Below, in pieces: positions 58,930-64,000 of a stretch of 64,000 nucleotides of DNA; position 1 is the first letter of the stretch; each line of letters opens with the position of its first letter. Source of the stretch: Octopus vulgaris (taxonomy: Eukaryota); NCBI GenBank assembly GCA_951406725.2, contig OX597832.1, positions 62,001-126,000 on the forward strand. The letters run 5' to 3'. The position numbers and the translations under genes are program-made. Under the pieces are notes generated by a model. It saw nothing but the letters and a program-made list of their open reading frames with translations. It did not search any database and was not told the origin of the DNA.

Positions 58930-59910
58930 AACGCACATGTGAACACACATATACCTCCCACACACATCATGCACATACATGTACACACACACATCCACAC
59001 ACACGCACACACATGCACACACAAATGCACATATACCTCCACGCAACACCCCCATGCAAACATTCACTACACACACGCTCATACATGCATACACACACAT
59101 ACATGTACACACGCTCATACATGCACACACACACATACACCCACACGTACATATCAATGCACATATACCTCACATATCTCTCACACACATCACATTCACA
59201 TACATGTGTGCACACATGTACACAAATGCACATACATATACACACATACCCACACATACGCACAAAAATGCATACATACCTAACCCACACAACCCCCCCA
59301 TACACACACGCACACATAAACATACACATGTACACACAACCACATACACATATACACACACATAACTCGACACATATACACATGCACATATACACGCACA
59401 TTCACACTTGCACATGTATGCACACATACAGATATGCATACAGTTACACACACATAGATATGCATACCGTTACACACACATGGGCATAAGCACAACACAT
59501 ATACACATGTAAGCACATGCATGCACACACAAAGGAACACACATATACCCCACACATACACAAACACATGCACACACGTGCGCACACATGAATGCACACA
59601 TACCTAACACTCACAACCCCATGTACACATGCCCACATATACACACGCACAAGTACATGCACACACACATGCATGTGCCTACACCCACAAAAATGTACAT
59701 ATACCTCCACATACATACACACACATGTACACACATACACTCACACTCACATACACTCACACACATGCGCGCACACACATACATGCACACACAAATGAAC
59801 CCATACATGGACACACACACACATACATGTACATACATACACATGCACGCACACAGACACAGGTACACACTGCACACAAAACACAAATGCATAAACGCAC
59901 ACACACATAC
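58930..59910. repeat. ~1-kb degenerate (CA)n tract
   Basis: Direct reading. Confidence 0.9.
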
Positions 59911-60272
59911 TTCAAACTACCAGTTAAACACCTTTCTACTGACCATTCTCCTGCACAAAAGACAGCCACTCCTATAAATTCTTACTGTAAATTCTTCCTT
60001 GACATTAAGTGACATTAGCACAAAGTCCACTCACACACACACACATAAACAGTCAAAACCACACACATACGAACACACACGTGCTATTATTACATTCACC
60101 TCACACACACACAGACCTTTGTGCATGCACATGCATACACATACCTCCTTCTCTTGCACTCTCCTGTCTTAGAAATTTTTCTTCCCCCATTCTCTTCCAG
60201 TCATTTCAAAATGTAACCACGTATGTATCGTTGGCAATTTTCTTCTTCCATCTTCTCTTCCTTTGGACTTTT

Positions 60273-60307
60273 ATTTCTGAAGAAGAGCTTTGCTCGAAAC
60301 ATTAAAT
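60273..60307 (+). ncRNA. Minimal hammerhead motif in a PLE terminal repeat
   Basis: ATTT-CTGAAGA-A-GAGC-TTT-GCTC-GAAA-CA-TT-AAAT. Confidence 0.55.
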
Positions 60308-60699
60308 CCTCTTTTCCTTCCTTTTTTGAGTATCTGATAATACATTACTTATACCATGTCCTCACGTTGTTGTTTTTTCATGTTTGTTCTTTGTTTGGAT
60401 TCACTATATATATCTATATATATGTATATATGGTTAAAATTAACAATATTTAACCAGTATAACGGGGTAAGGGAGATATTTTAGCAGACCTACTTAGGAA
60501 TAATGTTTATCAGATCATGCTTGATCTGAGACTTAGTTTCTACTATCACTGATCATTCAAATTGTCATATTTCCTAAAATATCCAAATTTCACTATTGAG
60601 GTATCAAAATGTTTCTTTTTGGATACTCTCCAAGAAAAAGTACAGTAGAAATTAAATTTTATTATTTTCAAAAATTCATAGTGATATCAACTTCAACTT

Positions 60700-61095
60700 A
60701 TTTTTGTCATTAGACTGTGGCCATGCTGGGGCATTGCCTTCAAGAAATTTTAGTCAGCTGAATCAACCTGGTTTATGTTTTTTAAGCCTGGCACTTATTC
60801 TCTCTTTTGCTGAACCACTAAGTTATGGGAACATAAACACACCAACACTTGCAGTCAAGTGGTGGTGGGGACAAACAGACACAAAGACACACGCACATGC
60901 ATGCATGCATGCGTGCGCGCGCACACACACACACAATGGGTTTCTATCAGTTTCTGTCCATCAAATCGATCCACAAGGCCTTGGTCAGCCTGAAGCTATA
61001 GTAGAAGACACCTACCCTAGGTGCCACACAGTAGGACTGAACCTGGAACCATGTGGTTGGGAAGCAAACTTCCCTCCATACAGTCATGTCTGCAC
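60700..61095 (-). mobile_element. tRNA-derived SINE (same family as 16785)
   Basis: Colinear similarity with 16785-17172. Confidence 0.8.
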
Positions 61096-61842
61096 TTATC
61101 TTCAGGAAACCTGAAGGTCAATCTATATTAAGTAGTCTTTAACTACACCTTTCATACCACTAATATTCTTTTGATTCTATATGAAGTCTAGAACCATTTA
61201 TCGTGTAGTCACTGAGTACACAGTAACAGCATCTGTGATACATTGAGAACTGAATGTATTCACTTGATAAAATCACACTGAAGGTTTTACCTGAAATATC
61301 ACAACTCACTTCTCAAGGCATACACATTTTTCTTCTGTTTATAGATTATATCAACTGTTCTTTGTTGACACTGACCATCATTAGTTATTTAGTTTTTGAT
61401 CTCTCTATCTTTACTAGGGGAGTTTTATGTAGATCCACTTTATCAGCTCAACTCTTAAATAATTGTAATCATAAAACAGAGAATTCTGAGAGTAAATATA
61501 TGAAGATCTGAACAAAAGTCTGCTGTGTTTTAAATTTGGAATATCTAATATTTTCCCTACCTTCACTATTTTCCCACTGATACAATTGTCTCTGCTCTCT
61601 TATTCACTATCATATGTCTCTCTGACTACTACCACTTCAGAATAATGACCATTCCTTATCACAGTGCTTCTCCAGAATTATGACCACTCCACCCCATTTT
61701 ATCACAGTATTTCAACAGAATATTGCCCCCTGCCCACTTCAGTTTTATCAATATTATTTTCAATCTATCAAAATCTTAATTTAGTTATTGAAAAATTTCA
61801 TATATTCTAATTTTTCTAATTACTTTTCATTTTATATTTTAG

Positions 61843-61882
61843 ATCTCTTAAAATTATGGAGGGCCCACCTACACCAAAAAAG
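61843..61882 (+). other. Candidate host exon (40 bp; SLKIMEGPPTPKK)
   Basis: Branch-point-like TTCTAAT, T-rich tract ending TTTTAG, open frame, donor AG|GTATGT, in non-repetitive-looking DNA. Confidence 0.35.
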
Positions 61883-62670
61883 GTATGTTTAATTTTTTTT
61901 TTATCATAAAAGAATATCTACATTGAAAATTTTATCCTTAAAAGAAAAGTGGAAAAGTTTTAACATATTTAAACTCAGAATTGTAAGTTATTCATATATT
62001 TGTTGATCATCTGTTAAGTCCATCTGCATATTGTCACCATCATTCTTTAACTCTTATGTTTCAAACTTTTTGCAACTTCCAGCTAAGTTCTTTAACAGTC
62101 TCCTTCAGGTACTTGTTTTTTTGTTTTTTTTTAATGGGACCTGAGCTCAAAATTTTGCTAAACATTCATGCATACATTCATCATATGACATAATTGTGAT
62201 TATACTTTTGGTTTCCTTATTCCTATTCTCTTTGCTGGCATAATTATTATTTACTGGGTTTGGAAAAGGAAGTGCTGCTTATGTCCTTTGCTAATTCTCT
62301 AAGACTAACGAGATTGATGTTGTTAATATTCTGCTTAAACTTGTAAGTCACCACCTTCATGAAAGACATGAGGAGAGAGGTAGTTCTAAATTCTGGGTAA
62401 GAAGCAGTAGGCGTAGTGGCTAGTGGTGGAGTTGGACACAACATAGGTGAAGAGAGGTAAATTTCATTGGTTTTGCCTGAAGTGTGCTGATATGAGGCCA
62501 GCCAATTCCAGGAAAGGAAGAGAGAAGCATGCTTGTGAGCCAAAGGCTAAAATGTGTCTGCGAGACTTTATGCCAATGATTTGAGTAGCCTTACTCTGAA
62601 TGTGGTCTCATCACTAGTGTTCCTTCGTCATATGATGTAATGACAGTGAAAACCTCTTGTCTTTGTTATG

Positions 62671-64000
62671 TATTGGGTCATCCCATAAATAATGCAGTTT
62701 TTTTTATACTTTCATTTTTAAAATTAAGATAAAGATTTTTTTTTTCATCTAAAATATATTCTCCTTCATTTTCTACAATACACTTCCATCTATCTGGTAG
62801 ATTTGCAAGGCCCCCCTCCCAGAATTCACTTGTCTGTGATGAAAAATACTCCTCCAGTACTGTTCTGACCTTGTCTACAGAGTTCATATTTTTTCCATCC
62901 AAATGATTTTGAAGACTGCAGAATAAATGATAATCAGATGGGGCCATGTCCAGCAAATATGGTGGGTGAGGCATCGTTTCCCATTTACACTGCTCCAGCC
63001 TTTGGTACGTCATCCTTACTGTATGTGGCTGAGCATTATCCTGATGGAGGAATACCTTTCATTTTGAAACCAAAGATGGTTGTTTTTCTTCTAGCGCTGA
63101 CTTAAGTCATTTAAGCTACTCGCAGTAGATCTCCTTTGTTATCATTTGGTTTTGGTTTAAAAGTTCAAAGTGGACTAAACTTTTCACATCCCACCAAACA
63201 GATAACAACCCCTTACGTGGGTGAAGACCTTCTGTAGCCTGGGTTGCCGATGTTTCTCCTGTCCCTATTCACTGTCTTTGGCACTTGACATTTTTATAGA
63301 GAACCCATTTCTTGTCACCTGTCACTATTCTGTTCAAAAAAGGTTCATTCATGAGATGTGACAACAAAGAAGAGCACATTCATTCCCTGCATGCGATTAG
63401 ACTCGGAAAGTTTGTGAGGAAGCCACTGACCCAATTTGCTGACTTTTCCGATGGCATGCAAGTGTCGATGAATGGTTGAATGACCAAATCCAAGCTTCTC
63501 TGCTAGTTCCTCGACAGTTACAATAGGATTTTGTTCCACCAGGGTTTGCAGGACATCCTCGACCAGCTCTACGGATCTACCTTGACGTGGCTTTTCTTCT
63601 AGGCTGTAGTTTCTGGCTCGGAATTTCTGGAACCTCTATTGACACTGGCGTATACTTATTGTCCAATCCTCATATACTGCATTAATATTCCTCGCACTTT
63701 CCATTGCATTGTTGCACTTGACATTTTTGGCACTTGACATTTTTATAGAGAACCCATTTCTTGTCACCTGTCACTATTCTGTTCAAAAAAGGTTCATTCA
63801 TGAGATGTGACAACAAAGAAGAGCACATTCATTCCCTGCATGCGATTAGACTCGGAAAGTTTATGAGGAAGCCACTGACCCAATTTGCTGACTTTTCCGA
63901 TGGCATGCAAGTGTCGATGAATGGTTGAATGACCAAATCCAAGCTTCTCTGCTAGTTCCTCGACAGTTACAATAGGATTTTGTTCCACCAGGGTTTGCAG
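62671..64000 (-). mobile_element. Mariner transposase pseudogene with TIR and 449-bp tandem duplication
   Basis: GQWLPHKL, HPPYLLDMAPSDYHLF, RWKCIVENEGEY; TIR-like TATTGGGTCATCCCATAAATAATGC at 62671. Confidence 0.9.

Noticed and set aside
58834-60012. Many His/Thr- and Cys/Val-rich ORFs, also at 30595-30919 and 46997-48600
   Set aside because: Translation artefacts of (CA)n, (TG)n and (TA)n tracts

Overview
Eukaryotic, very repeat-dense and largely non-genic DNA; the SINE, RTE and Penelope families look cephalopod (probably Octopus, from recall only, not a search). No complete host gene is visible, only one candidate 40-bp exon at 61843-61882. The window is a nest of transposons: Tx1/L1-clade LINEs, four copies of an RTE LINE with a PHD finger inserted in its RT region, three BovB-like RTEs, Penelope-like element (PLE) fragments with hammerhead ribozymes, a decayed Gypsy pol, mariner, hAT and piggyBac remnants, non-autonomous Helitrons, tRNA-derived SINEs and many (TA)n/(CA)n tracts. 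The most notable structure is at 1-5099. A Helitron that captured a Tx1 ORF1 fragment is present in two tandem copies. One copy is empty. The other carries two retroelements stacked at the same 13-bp site (CACATGGAGGAAA): an ORF1-only (HAL1-like) element with a perfect TSD and an ORF1+ORF2 Tx1 element. This suggests a sequence-specific LINE and half-LINE pair targeting a Helitron-borne site. Second, there is a set of minimal hammerheads, including one with a compensatory G3-C8 core swap and a family with A6U.
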